The notes under the pieces are model-generated. The model had not been told where the DNA came from and did not search any database. It saw only the letters and a list, made by a program, of their open reading frames with translations. This document shows, piece by piece, positions 10,912 to 25,764 of a DNA stretch of 64,000 nt. The stretch's first letter is position 1; every line of letters begins with the position of its first letter. This stretch comes from Auanema rhodensis (lineage: Eukaryota; Animalia; Nematoda). The position numbers were made by a program, and so were the translations under genes. The stretch lies in the NCBI GenBank assembly GCA_964057225.1, contig OZ059899.1:620001-684000 (forward strand), in the 5' to 3' direction.

Positions 10912-13319
10912 ACGTGTACATTTAATTAGCATAAATTAAAGTTCACGTAAATTTCAAAGTCATGGTTACCATGCACCAATATCAATAAAAATTTGTTTTT
11001 AGACTAATATGGACATGGGGAATCTAATTTTGAAAACCGCATCTCTTCATCTTTCACGTGAAGCGAGTTACATACCAAGTGCACATCACGTGTACATTTA
11101 ATTAGCATAAATTAAAGTTCACGTAAATTCCAAAGTCATGGTTACCATGCACCAATATCAATAAAAATTTGTTTTTAGACTAATATGGACATGGGGAATC
11201 TAATTTTGAAAACCGCATCTCTTCATCTTTCACGTGAAGCGAGTTACATACCAAGTGCACATCACGTGTACATTTAATTAGCATAAATTAAAGTTCACGT
11301 AAATTTCAAAGTCATGGTTACCATGCACCAATATCAATAAAAATTTGTTTTTAGACTAATATGGACATGGGGAATCTAATTTTGAAAACCGCATCTCTTT
11401 ATCTTTCACGTGAAGCGAGTTACATACCAAGTGCACATCACGTGTACATTTAATTAGCATAAATTAAAGTTCACGTAAATTTCAAAGTCATGGTTACCAT
11501 GCACCAATATCAATAAAAATTTGTTTTTAGACTAATATGAACATGGGGAATCTAATTTTGAAAACCGCATCTCTTCATCTTTCACGTGAAGCGAGTTACA
11601 TACCAAGTGCACATCACGTGTACATTTAATTAGCATAAATTAAAGTTCACGTAAATTTCAAAGTCATGGTTACCATGCACCAATATCAATAAAAATTTGT
11701 TTTTAGACTAATATGGACATGGGGAATCTAATTTTGAAAACCGCATCTCTTTATCTTTCACGTGAAGCGAGTTACATACCAAGTGCACATCACGTGTACA
11801 TTTAATTAGCATAAATTAAAGTTCACGTAAATTTCAAAGTCATGGTTACCATGAACCAATATCAATAAAAATTTGTTTTTAGACTAATATGGACATGGGG
11901 AATCTAATTTTGAAAACCGCATCTCTTTATTTTTCACGTGAAGCGAGTTACATACCAAGTGCACATCACGTGTACATTTAATTAGCATAAATTGAAGTTC
12001 ACGTAACTTTCAAAGTCATGGTTACCATGCACCAATATCAATAAAAATTTGTTTTTAGACTAATATGGACATGGGGAATCTAATTTTGAAAACCGCATCT
12101 CTTTATCTTTCACGTGAAGCGAGTTACATACCAAGTGCACATCACGTGTACATTTAATTAGCATTAATTAAAGTTCACGTAAATTTCAAAGTCATGGTTA
12201 CCATGAACCAATATCAATAAAAATTTGTTTTTAGACTAATATGGACATGGGGAATCTGATTTTGAAAACCTCATCTCTTTATCTTTCACGTGAAGCGAGT
12301 TACATACCAAGTGCACATCACGTGTACATTTAATTAGCATAAATTAAAGTTCACGTAAATTTCAAAGTCATGGTTACCATGAACTAATATCAATAAAAAT
12401 TTGTTTTTAGACTAATATGGACATGGGGAATCTAATTTTGAAAACCGCATCTCTTTATCTTTCACGTGAAGCGAGTTACATACCAAGTGCACATCACGTG
12501 TACATTTAATTAGCATAAATTAAAGTTCACGTAAATTTCAAAGTCATGGTTACCATGAACCAATATCAATAAAAATTTGTTTTTAGACTAATATGGACAT
12601 GGGGAATCTAATTTTGAAAACCGCATCTCTTTATCTTTCACGTGAAGCGAGTTACATACCAAGTGCACATCACGTGTACATTTAATTAGCATAAATTAAA
12701 GTTCACGTAAATTTCAAAGTCATGGTTACCATGCACCAATATCAATAAAAATTTGTTTTTAGACTAATATGGACATGGGGAATCTAATTTTGAAAACCGC
12801 ATCTCTTTATCTTTCACGTGAAGCGAGTTACATACCAAGTGCACATCACGTGTACATTTAATTAGCATAAATTAAAGTTCACGTAAATTTCAAAGTCATG
12901 GTTACCATGCACCAATATCAATAAAAATTTGTTTTTAGACTAATATGGACATGGGGAATCTAATTTTGAAAACCGCATCTCTTTATCTTTCACGTGAAGC
13001 GAGTTACATACCAAGTGCACATCACGTGTACATTTAATTAGCATTAATTAAAGTTCACGTAAATTTCAAAGTCATGGTTACCATGAACCAATATCAATAA
13101 AAATTTGTTTTTAGACTAATATGGACATGGGGAATTTAATTTTGAAAACCTCATCTCTTTATCTTTCACGTGAAGCGAGTTACATACCAAGTGCACATCA
13201 CGTGTACATTTAATTAGCATAAATTAAAGTTCACGTAAATTTCAAAGTCATGATTACCATGAACTAATATCAATAAAAATTTGTTTTTAGACTAATATGG
13301 ACATGGGGAATCTAATTTT

Positions 13320-13469
13320 GAAAACCGCATCTCTTTATCTTAGCACATCACGTGTACATTTAATTAGCATAAATGAAAGTTCACGTAAATTTCAAAGTCA
13401 TGATTACCATGAACTAATATCAATAAAAATTTGTTTTTAGACTAATATGGACATGGGGAATCTAATTTT
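13320..13469. repeat. Truncated 150-bp monomer (net 26-bp deletion removing the TTCACGTGAA palindrome)
   Basis: TCTCTTTATCTT-A-GCACATCAC at 13330-13351; monomer starts are 13320 and 13470. It shares the rare TGATTACCATGAACTA variant with the preceding monomer. Confidence 0.93.
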
Positions 13470-16400
13470 GAAAACCGCATCTCTTTATCTTTCACGTGAA
13501 GCGAGTTACATACCAAGTGCACATCACGTGTACATTTAATTAGCATAAATTAAAGTTCACGTAAATTTCAAAGTCATGGTTACCATGAACCAATATCAAT
13601 AAAAATTTGTTTTTAGACTAATATGGACATGGGGAATCTAATTTTGAAAACCGCATCTCTTTATCTTTCACGTGAAGCGAGTTACATACCAAGTGCACAT
13701 CACGTGTACATTTAATTAGCATAAATTAAAGTTCACGTAAATTTCAAAGTCATGGTTATTATGAACCAATATCAATAAAAATTTGTTTTTAGACTAATAT
13801 GGACATGGGGAATCTAATTTTGAAAACCGCATCTCTTTATCATTCACGTGAAGCGAGTAACATACTAAGTGCACATCACGTGTACATTTAATTAGCATAA
13901 ATTAAAGTTCACGTAAATTTCAAAGTCATGGTTACCATGCACCAATATCAATAAAAATTTGTTTTTAGACTAATATGGACATGGGGAATCTAATTTTGAA
14001 AACCGCATCTCTTTATCTTTCACGTGAAGCGAGTTACATACCAAGTGCACATCACGTGTACATTTAATTAGCATAAATTAAAGTTCACGTAAATTTCAAA
14101 GTCATGGTTACCATGCACCAATATCAATAAAAATTTGTTTTTAGACTAATATGGACATGGGGAATCTAATTTTGAAAACCGCATCTCTTCATCTTTCACG
14201 TGAAGCGAGTTACATACCAAGTGCACATCACGTGTACATTTAATTAGCATAAATTAAAGTTCACGTAAATTTCAAAGTCATGGTTACCATGCACCAATAT
14301 CAATAAAAATTTGTTTTTAGACTAATATGGACATGGGGAATCTAATTTTGAAAACCGCATCTCTTTATCTTTCACGTGAAGCGAGTTACATACCAAGTGC
14401 ACATCACGTGTACATTTAATTAGCATAAATTAAAGTTCACGTAAATTTCAAAGTCATGGTTACCATGCACCAATATCAATAAAAATTTGTTTTTAGACTA
14501 ATATGGACATGGGGAATCTAATTTTGAAAACCGCATCTCTTTATCTTTCACGTGAAGCGAGTTACATACCAAGTGCACATCACGTGTACATTTAATTAGC
14601 ATAAATTAAAGTTCACGTAAATTTCAAAGTCATGGTTACCATGCACCAATATCAATAAAAATTTGTTTTTAGACTAATATGGACATGGGGAATCTAATTT
14701 TGAAAACCGCATCTCTTTATCTTTCACGTGAAGCGAGTTACATACCAAGTGCACATCACGTGTACATTTAATTAGCATAAATTAAAGTTCACGTAAATTT
14801 CAAAGTCATGGTTACCATGCACCAATATCAATAAAAATTTGTTTTTAGACTAATATGGACATGGGGAATCTAATTTTGAAAACCGCATCTCTTTATCTTT
14901 CACGTGAAGCGAGTTACATACCAAGTGCACATCACGTGTACATTTAATTAGCATTAATTAAAGTTCACGTAAATTTCAAAGTCATGGTTACCATGAACCA
15001 ATATCAATAAAAATTTGTTTTTAGACTAATATGGACATGGGGAATCTAATTTTGAAAACCTCATCTCTTTATCTTTCACGTGAAGCGAGTTACATACCAA
15101 GTGCACATCACGTGTACATTTAATTAGCATAAATTAAAGTTCACGTAAATTTCAAAGTCATGATTACCATGAACTAATATCAATAAAAATTTGTTTTTAG
15201 ACTAATATGGACATGGGGAATCTAATTTTGAAAACCGCATCTCTTTATCTTTCACGTGAAGCGAGTTACATACCAAGTGCACATCACGTGTACATTTAAT
15301 TAGCATAAATTAAAGTTCACGTAAATTTCAAAGTCATGGTTACCATGAACCAATATCAATAAAAATTTGTTTTTAGACTAATATGGACATGGGGAATCTA
15401 ATTTTGAAAACCGCATCTCTTTATCTTTCACGTGAAGCGAGTTACATACCAAGTGCACATCACGTGTACATTTAATTAGCATAAATTAAAGTTCACGTAA
15501 ATTTCAAAGTCATGGTTATTATGAACCAATATCAATAAAAATTTGTTTTTAGACTAATATGGACATGGGGAATCTAATTTTGAAAACCGCATCTCTTTAT
15601 CATTCACGTGAAGCGAGTAACATACTAAGTGCACATCACGTGTACATTTAATTAGCATAAATTAAAGTTCACGTAAATTTCAAAGTCATGGTTACCATGC
15701 ACCAATATCAATAAAAATTTGTTTTTAGACTAATATGGACATGGGGAATCTAATTTTGAAAACCGCATCTCTTTATCTTTCACGTGAAGCGAGTTACATA
15801 CCAAGTGCACATCACGTGTACATTTAATTAGCATAAATTAAAGTTCACGTAAATTTCAAAGTCATGGTTACCATGCACCAATATCAATAAAAATTTGTTT
15901 TTAGACTAATATGGACATGGGGAATCTAATTTTGAAAACCGCATCTCTTCATCTTTCACGTGAAGCGAGTTACATACCAAGTGCACATCACGTGTACATT
16001 TAATTAGCATAAATTAAAGTTCACGTAAATTTCAAAGTCATGGTTACCATGCACCAATATCAATAAAAATTTGTTTTTAGACTAATATGGACATGGGGAA
16101 TCTAATTTTGAAAACCGCATCTCTTTATCATTCACGTGAAGCGAGTAACATACTAAGTGCACATCACGTGTACATTTAATTAGCATAAATTAAAGTTCAC
16201 GTAAATTTCAAAGTCATGGTTACCATGCACCAATATCAATAAAAATTTGTTTTTAGACTAATATGGACATGGGGAATCTAATTTTGAAAACCGCATCTCT
16301 TTATCTTTCACGTGAAGCGAGTTACATACCAAGTGCACATCACGTGTACATTTAATTAGCATAAATTAAAGTTCACGTAAATTTCAAAGTCATGGTTACC

Positions 16401-17261
16401 ATGCACCAATATCAATAAAAATTTGTTTTTAGACTAATATGGACATGGGGAATCTAATTTTGAAAACCGCATCTCTTCATCTTTCACGTGAAGCGAGTTA
16501 CATACCAAGTGCACATCACGTGTACATTTAATTAGCATAAATTAAAGTTCACGTAAATTTCAAAGTCATGGTTACCATGCACCAATATCAATAAAAATTT
16601 GTTTTTAGACTAATATGGACATGGGGAATCTAATTTTGAAAACTGCATCTCTTCATCTTTCACGTGAAGCGAGTTACATACCAAGTGCACATCACGTGTA
16701 CATTTAATTAGCATAAATTAAAGTTCACGTAAATTTCAAAGTCATGGTTACCATGCACCAATATCAATAAAAATTTGTTTTTAGACTAATATGGACATGG
16801 GGAATCTAATTTTGAAAACCGCATCTCTTCATCTTTCACGTGAAGCGAGTTACATACCAAGTGCACATCACGTGTACATTTAATTAGCATAAATTAAAGT
16901 TCACGTAAATTTCAAAGTCATGGTTACCATGCACCAATATCAATAAAAATTTGTTTTTAGACTAATATGGACATGGGGAATCTAATTTTGAAAACCGCAT
17001 CTCTTTATCTTTCACGTGAAGCGAGTTACATACCAAGTGCACATCACGTGTACATTTAATTAGCATAAATTAAAGTTCACGTAAATTTCAAAGTCATGGT
17101 TACCATGAACCAATATCAATAAAAATTTGTTTTTAGACTAATATGGACATGGGGAATCTAATTTTGAAAACCGCATCTCTTTATTTTTCACGTGAAGCGA
17201 GTTACATACCAAGTGCACATCACGTGTACATTTAATTAGCATAAATTAAAGTTCACGTAAC

Positions 17262-20200
17262 TTTCAAAGTCATGGTTACCATGCACCAATATCAATAAAA
17301 ATTTGTTTTTAGACTAATATGGACATGGGGAATCTAATTTTGAAAACCGCATCTCTTTATCTTTCACGTGAAGCGAGTTACATACCAAGTGCACATCACG
17401 TGTACATTTAATTAGCATTAATTAAAGTTCACGTAAATTTCAAAGTCATGGTTACCATGAACCAATATCAATAAAAATTTGTTTTTAGACTAATATGGAC
17501 ATGGGGAATCTAATTTTGAAAACCTCATCTCTTTATCTTTCACGTGAAGCGAGTTACATACCAAGTGCACATCACGTGTACATTTAATTAGCATAAATTA
17601 AAGTTCACGTAAATTTCAAAGTCATGGTTACCATGAACTAATATCAATAAAAATTTGTTTTTAGACTAATATGGACATGGGGAATCTAATTTCGAAAACC
17701 GCATCTCTTTATCTTTCACGTGAAGCGAGTTACATACCAAGTGCACATCACGTGTACATTTAATTAGCATAAATTAAAGTTCACGTAAATTTCAAAGTCA
17801 TGGTTACCATGAACCAATATCAATAAAAATTTGTTTTTAGACTAATATGGACATGGGGAATCTAATTTTGAAAACCGCATCTCTTTATCTTTCACGTGAA
17901 GCGAGTTACATACCAAGTGCACATCACGTGTACATTTAATTAGCATAAATTAAAGTTCACGTAAATTTCAAAGTCATGGTTACCATGCACCAATATCAAT
18001 AAAAATTTGTTTTTAGACTAATATGGACATGGGGAATCTAATTTTGAAAACCGCATCTCTTTATCTTTCACGTGAAGCGAGTTACATACCAAGTGCACAT
18101 CACGTGTACATTTAATTAGCATAAATTAAAGTTCACGTAAATTTCAAAGTCATGGTTACCATGCACCAATATCAATAAAAATTTGTTTTTAGACTAATAT
18201 GGACATGGGGAATCTAATTTTGAAAACCGCATCTCTTTATCTTTCACGTGAAGCGAGTTACATACCAAGTGCACATCACGTGTACATTTAATTAGCATTA
18301 ATTAAAGTTCACGTAAATTTCAAAGTCATGGTTACCATGAACCAATATCAATAAAAATTTGTTTTTAGACTAATATGGACATGGGGAATCTAATTTTGAA
18401 AACCGCATCTCTTTATCTTTCACGTGAAGCGAGTTACATACCAAGTGCACATCACGTGTACATTTAATTAGCATAAATTAAAGTTCACGTAAATTTCAAA
18501 GTCATGGTTACCATGAACCAATATCAATGAAAATTTGTTTTTAGACTAATATGGACATGGGGAATCTAATTTTGAAAACCGCATCTCTTTATCTTTCACG
18601 TGAAGCGAGTTACATACCAAGTTCACATCACGTGTACATTTAATTAGCATAAATTAAAGTTCACGTAAATTTCAAAGTCATGGTTACCATGAACCAATAT
18701 CAATAAAAATTTGTTTTTAGACTAATATGGACATGGGGAATCTGATTTTGAAAACCGCATCTCTTTATCTTTCACGTGAAGCGAGTTACATACCAAGTGC
18801 ACATCACGTGTACATTTAATTAGCATAAATTAAAGTTCACGTAAAATTCAAAGTCATGGTTACCATGCACCAATATCAATAAAAATTTGTTTTTAGACTA
18901 ATATGGACATGGGGAATCTAATTTTGAAAACCGCATCTCTTTATCTTTTACGTGAAGCGAGTTACATACCAAGTGCACATCACGTGTACATTTTATTAGC
19001 ATAAATTAAAGTTCACGTAAATTTCAAAGTCATGGTTACCATGAACCAATATCAATAAAAATTTGTTTTTAGACTAATATGGACATGGGGAATCTAATTT
19101 TGAAAACCGCATCTCTTTATCTTTCACGTGAAGCGAGTTACATACCAAGTGCACATCACGTGTACATTTAATTAGCATAAATTAAAGTTCACGTAAAATT
19201 CAAAGTCATGGTTACCATGCACCAATATCAATAAAAATTTGTTTTTAGACTAATATGGACATGGGGAATCTAATTTGGAAAACCGCATCTCTTTATCTTT
19301 TACGTGAAGCGAGTTACATACCAAGTGCACATCACGTGTACATTTAATTAGCATAAATTAAAGTTCACGTAAATTTCAAAGTCATGGTTACCATGAACCA
19401 ATATCAATAAAAATTTGTTTTTAGACTAATATGGACATGGGGAATCTAATTTTGAAAACCGCATCTCTTTATCTTTCACGTGAAGCGAGTTACATACCAA
19501 GTGCACATCACGTGTACATTTAATTAGCATAAATTAAAGTTCACGTAAATTTCAAAGTCATGGTTACCATGAACCAATATCAATAAAAATTTGTTTTTAG
19601 ACTAATATGGACATGGGGAATCTAATTTTGAAAACCGCATCTCTTTATCTTTCACGTGAAGCGAGTTACATACCAAGTGCACATCACGTGTACACTTAAT
19701 TAGCATAAATTAAAGTTCACGTAAAATTCAAAGTCATGGTTACCATGCACCAATATCAATAAAAATTTGTTTTTAGACTAATATGGACATGGGGAATCTA
19801 ATTTTGAAAACCGCATCTCTTTATCTTTTACGTGAAGCGAGTTACATACCAAGTGCACATCACGTGTACATTTAATTAGCATAAATTAAAGTTCACGTAA
19901 ATTTCAAAGTCATGGTTACCATGAACCAATATCAATAAAAATTTGTTTTTAGACTAATATGGACATGGGGAATCTAATTTTGAAAACCGCATCTCTTTAT
20001 CTTTCACGTGAAGCGAGTTACATACCAAGTGCACATCACGTGTACATTTAATTAGCATAAATTAAAGTTCACGTAAATTTCAAAGTCATGGTTACCATGA
20101 ACAAATATCAATAAAAATTTGTTTTTAGACTAATATGGACATGGGGAATCTAATTTTGAAAACCGCATCTCTTTATCTTTCACGTGAAGCGAGTTACATA

Positions 20201-23200
20201 CCAAGTGCACATCACGTGTACATTTAATTAGCATAAATCAAAGTTCACGTAAATTTCAAAGTCATGGTTACCATGAACCAATATCAATAAAAATTTGTTT
20301 TTAGACTAATATGGACATGGGGAATCTAATTTTGAAAACCGCATCTCTTTATCTTTCACGTGAAGCGAGTTACATACCAAGTGCACATCACGTGTACATT
20401 TAATTAGCATAAATTAAAGTTCACGTAAAGTTCAAAGTCATGGTTACCATGCACCAATATCAATAAAAATTTGTTTTTAGACTAATATGGACATGGGGAA
20501 TCTAATTTTGAAAACCGCATCTCTTTATCTTTCACGTGAAGCGAGTTACATACCAAGTGCACATCACGTGTACATTTAATTAGCATAAATTAAAGTTCAC
20601 GTAAATTTCAAAGTCATGGTTACCATGAACCAATATCAATAAAAATTTGTTTTTAGACTAATATGGACATGGGGAATCTAATTTTGAAAACCGCATCTCT
20701 TTATCTTTCACGTGAAGCGAGTTACATACCAAGTGCACATCACGTGTACATTTAATTAGCATAAATTAAAGTTCACGTAAATTTCAAAGTCATGGTTACC
20801 ATGAACCAATATCAATAAAAATTTGTTTTTAGACTAATATGGACATGGGGAATCTAATTTTGAAAACCGCATCTCTTTATCTTTCACGTGAAGCGAGTTA
20901 CATACCAAGTGCACATCACGTGTACATTTAATTAGCATAAATTAAAGTTCACGTAAATTTCAAAGTCATGGTTACCATGAACCAATATCAATAAAAATTT
21001 GTTTTTAGACTAATATGGACATGGGGAATCTAATTTTGAAAACCGCATCTCTTTATCTTTCACGTGAAGCGAGTTACATACCAAGTGCACATCACGTGTA
21101 CATTTAATTAGCATAAATTAAAGTTCACGTAAATTTCAAAGTCATGGTTACCATGCACCAATATCAATAAAAATTTGTTTTTAGACTAATATGGACATGG
21201 GGAATCTAATTTTGAAAACCGCATCTCTTTATCTTTCACGTGAAGCGAGTTACATACCAAGTGCACATCACGTGTACATTTAATTAGCATAAATTAAAGT
21301 TCACGTAAATTTCAAAGTCATGGTTACCATGCACCAATATCAATAAAAATTTGTTTTTAGACTAATATGGACATGGGGAATCTAATTTTGAAAACCGCAT
21401 CTCTTTATCTTTCACGTGAAGCGAGTTACATACCAAGTGCACATCACGTGTACATTTAATTAGCATTAATTAAAGTTCACGTAAATTTCAAAGTCATGGT
21501 TACCATGAACCAATATCAATAAAAATTTGTTTTTAGACTAATATGGACATGGGGAATCTAATTTTGAAAACCTCATCTCTTTATCTTTCACGTGAAGCGA
21601 GTTACATACCAAGTGCACATCACGTGTACATTTAATTAGCATAAATTAAAGTTCACGTAAATTTCAAAGTCATGGTTACCATGAACTAATATCAATAAAA
21701 ATTTGTTTTTAGACTAATATGGACATGGGGAATCTAATTTTGAAAACCGCATCTCTTTATCTTTCACGTGAAGCGAGTTACATACCAAGTGCACATCACG
21801 TGTACATTTAATTAGCATAAATTAAAGTTCACGTAAATTTCAAAGTCATGGTTACCATGAACCAATATCAATAAAAATTTGTTTTTAGACTAATATGGAC
21901 ATGGGGAATCTAATTTTGAAAACCGCATCTCTTTATCTTTCACGTGAAGCGAGTTACATACCAAGTGCACATCACGTGTACATTTAATTAGCATAAATTA
22001 AAGTTCACGTAAATTTCAAAGTCATGGTTACCATGCACCAATATCAATAAAAATTTGTTTTTAGACTAATATGGACATGGGGAATCTAATTTTGAAAACC
22101 GCATCTCTTTATCTTTCACGTGAAGCGAGTTACATACCAAGTGCACATCACGTGTACATTTAATTAGCATAAATTAAAGTTCACGTAAATTTCAAAGTCA
22201 TGGTTACCATGCACCAATATCAATAAAAATTTGTTTTTAGACTAATATGGACATGGGGAATCTAATTTTGAAAACCGCATCTCTTTATCTTTCACGTGAA
22301 GCGAGTTACATACCAAGTGCACATCACGTGTACATTTAATTAGCATTAATTAAAGTTCACGTAAATTTCAAAGTCATGGTTACCATGAACCAATATCAAT
22401 AAAAATTTGTTTTTAGACTAATATGGACATGGGGAATCTAATTTTGAAAACCGCATCTCTTTATCTTTCACGTGAAGCGAGTTACATACCAAGTGCACAT
22501 CACGTGTACATTTAATTAGCATAAATTAAAGTTCACGTAAATTTCAAAGTCATGGTTACCATGAACCAATATCAATGAAAATTTGTTTTTAGACTAATAT
22601 GGACATGGGGAATCTAATTTTGAAAACCGCATCTCTTTATCTTTCACGTGAAGCGAGTTACATACCAAGTGCACATCACGTGTACATTTAATTAGCATAA
22701 ATTAAAGTTCACGTAAATTTCAAAGTCATGGTTACCATGAACCAATATCAATAAAAATTTGTTTTTAGACTAATATGGACATGGGGAATCTGATTTTGAA
22801 AACCGCATCTCTTTATCTTTCACGTGAAGCGAGTTACATACCAAGTGCACATCACGTGTACATTTAATTAGCATAAATTAAAGTTCACGTAAAATTCAAA
22901 GTCATGGTTACCATGCACCAATATCAATAAAAATTTGTTTTTAGACTAATATGGACATGGGGAATCTAATTTTGAAAACCGCATCTCTTTATCTTTTACG
23001 TGAAGCGAGTTACATACCAAGTGCACATCACGTGTACATTTTATTAGCATAAATTAAAGTTCACGTAAATTTCAAAGTCATGGTTACCATGAACCAATAT
23101 CAATAAAAATTTGTTTTTAGACTAATATGGACATGGGGAATCTAATTTTGAAAACCGCATCTCTTTATCTTTCACGTGAAGCGAGTTACATACCAAGTGC

Positions 23201-25357
23201 ACATCACGTGTACATTTAATTAGCATAAATTAAAGTTCACGTAAAATTCAAAGTCATGGTTACCATGCACCAATATCAATAAAAATTTGTTTTTAGACTA
23301 ATATGGACATGGGGAATCTAATTTGGAAAACCGCATCTCTTTATCTTTTACGTGAAGCGAGTTACATACCAAGTGCACATCACGTGTACATTTAATTAGC
23401 ATAAATTAAAGTTCACGTAAATTTCAAAGTCATGGTTACCATGAACCAATATCAATAAAAATTTGTTTTTAGACTAATATGGACATGGGGAATCTAATTT
23501 TGAAAACCGCATCTCTTTATCTTTCACGTGAAGCGAGTTACATACCAAGTGCACATCACGTGTACATTTAATTAGCATAAATTAAAGTTCACGTAAATTT
23601 CAAAGTCATGGTTACCATGAACCAATATCAATAAAAATTTGTTTTTAGACTAATATGGACATGGGGAATCTAATTTTGAAAACCGCATCTCTTTATCTTT
23701 CACGTGAAGCGAGTTACATACCAAGTGCACATCACGTGTACACTTAATTAGCATAAATTAAAGTTCACGTAAAATTCAAAGTCATGGTTACCATGCACCA
23801 ATATCAATAAAAATTTGTTTTTAGACTAATATGGACATGGGGAATCTAATTTTGAAAACCGCATCTCTTTATCTTTTACGTGAAGCGAGTTACATACCAA
23901 GTGCACATCACGTGTACATTTAATTAGCATAAATTAAAGTTCACGTAAATTTCAAAGTCATGGTTACCATGAACCAATATCAATAAAAATTTGTTTTTAG
24001 ACTAATATGGACATGGGGAATCTAATTTTGAAAACCGCATCTCTTTATCTTTCACGTGAAGCGAGTTACATACCAAGTGCACATCACGTGTACATTTAAT
24101 TAGCATAAATTAAAGTTCACGTAAATTTCAAAGTCATGGTTACCATGAACAAATATCAATAAAAATTTGTTTTTAGACTAATATGGACATGGGGAATCTA
24201 ATTTTGAAAACCGCATCTCTTTATCTTTCACGTGAAGCGAGTTACATACCAAGTGCACATCACGTGTACATTTAATTAGCATAAATCAAAGTTCACGTAA
24301 ATTTCAAAGTCATGGTTACCATGAACCAATATCAATAAAAATTTGTTTTTAGACTAATATGGACATGGGGAATCTAATTTTGAAAACCGCATCTCTTTAT
24401 CTTTCACGTGAAGCGAGTTACATACCAAGTGCACATCACGTGTACATTTAATTAGCATAAATTAAAGTTCACGTAAAGTTCAAAGTCATGGTTACCATGC
24501 ACCAATATCAATAAAAATTTGTTTTTAGACTAATATGGACATGGGGAATCTAATTTTGAAAACCGCATCTCTTTATCTTTCACGTGAAGCGAGTTACATA
24601 CCAAGTGCACATCACGTGTACATTTAATTAGCATAAATTAAAGTTCACGTAAATTTCAAAGTCATGGTTACCATGAACCAATATCAATAAAAATTTGTTT
24701 TTAGACTAATATGGACATGGGGAATCTAATTTTGAAAACCGCATCTCTTTATCTTTCACGTGAAGCGAGTTACATACCAAGTGCACATCACGTGTACATT
24801 TAATTAGCATAAATTAAAGTTCACGTAAATTTCAAAGTCATGGTTACCATGAACCAATATCAATAAAAATTTGTTTTTAGACTAATATGGACATGGGGAA
24901 TCTAATTTTGAAAACCGCATCTCTTTATCTTTCACGTGAAGCGAGTTACATACCAAGTGCACATCACGTGTACATTTAATTAGCATAAATTAAAGTTCAC
25001 GTAAATTTCAAAGTCATGGTTACCATGAACCAATATCAATAAAAATTTGTTTTTAGACTAATATGGACATGGGGAATCTAATTTTGAAAACCGCATCTCT
25101 TTATCTTTCACGTGAAGCGAGTTACATACCAAGTGCACATCACGTGTACATTTAATTAGCATAAATTAAAGTTCACGTAAATTTCAAAGTCATGGTTACC
25201 ATGCACCAATATCAATAAAAATTTGTTTTTAGACTAATATGGACATGGGGAATCTAATTTTGAAAACCGCATCTCTTTATCTTTCACGTGAAGCGAGTTA
25301 CATACCAAGTGCACATCACGTGTACATTTAATTAGCATAAATTAAAGTTCACGTAAA
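17262..25357. repeat. Tandem duplication of a 23-monomer (4048-bp) block; boundaries approximate
   Basis: Rare variants recur at offset 4048: 17525/21573, 18529/22577, 19277/23325, 20430/24478. Confidence 0.88.
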
Positions 25358-25764
25358 TTTCAAAGTCATGGTTACCATGAACCAATATCAATAAAAATTT
25401 GTTTTTAGACTAATATGGACATGGGGAATCTAATTTTGAAAACCGCATCTCTTTATCTTTCACGTGAAGCGAGTTACATACCAAGTGCACATCACGTGTA
25501 CATTTAATTAGCATAAATTAAAGTTCACGTAAATTTCAAAGTCATGGTTACCATGAACCAATATCAATAAAAATTTGTTTTTAGACTAATATGGACATGG
25601 GGAATCTAATTTTGAAAACCGCATCTCTTTATCTTTCACGTGAAGCGAGTTACATACCAAGTGCACATCACGTGTACATTTAATTAGCATAAATTAAAGT
25701 TCACGTAAATTTCAAAGTCATGGTTACCATGCACCAATATCAATAAAAATTTGTTTTTAGACTA

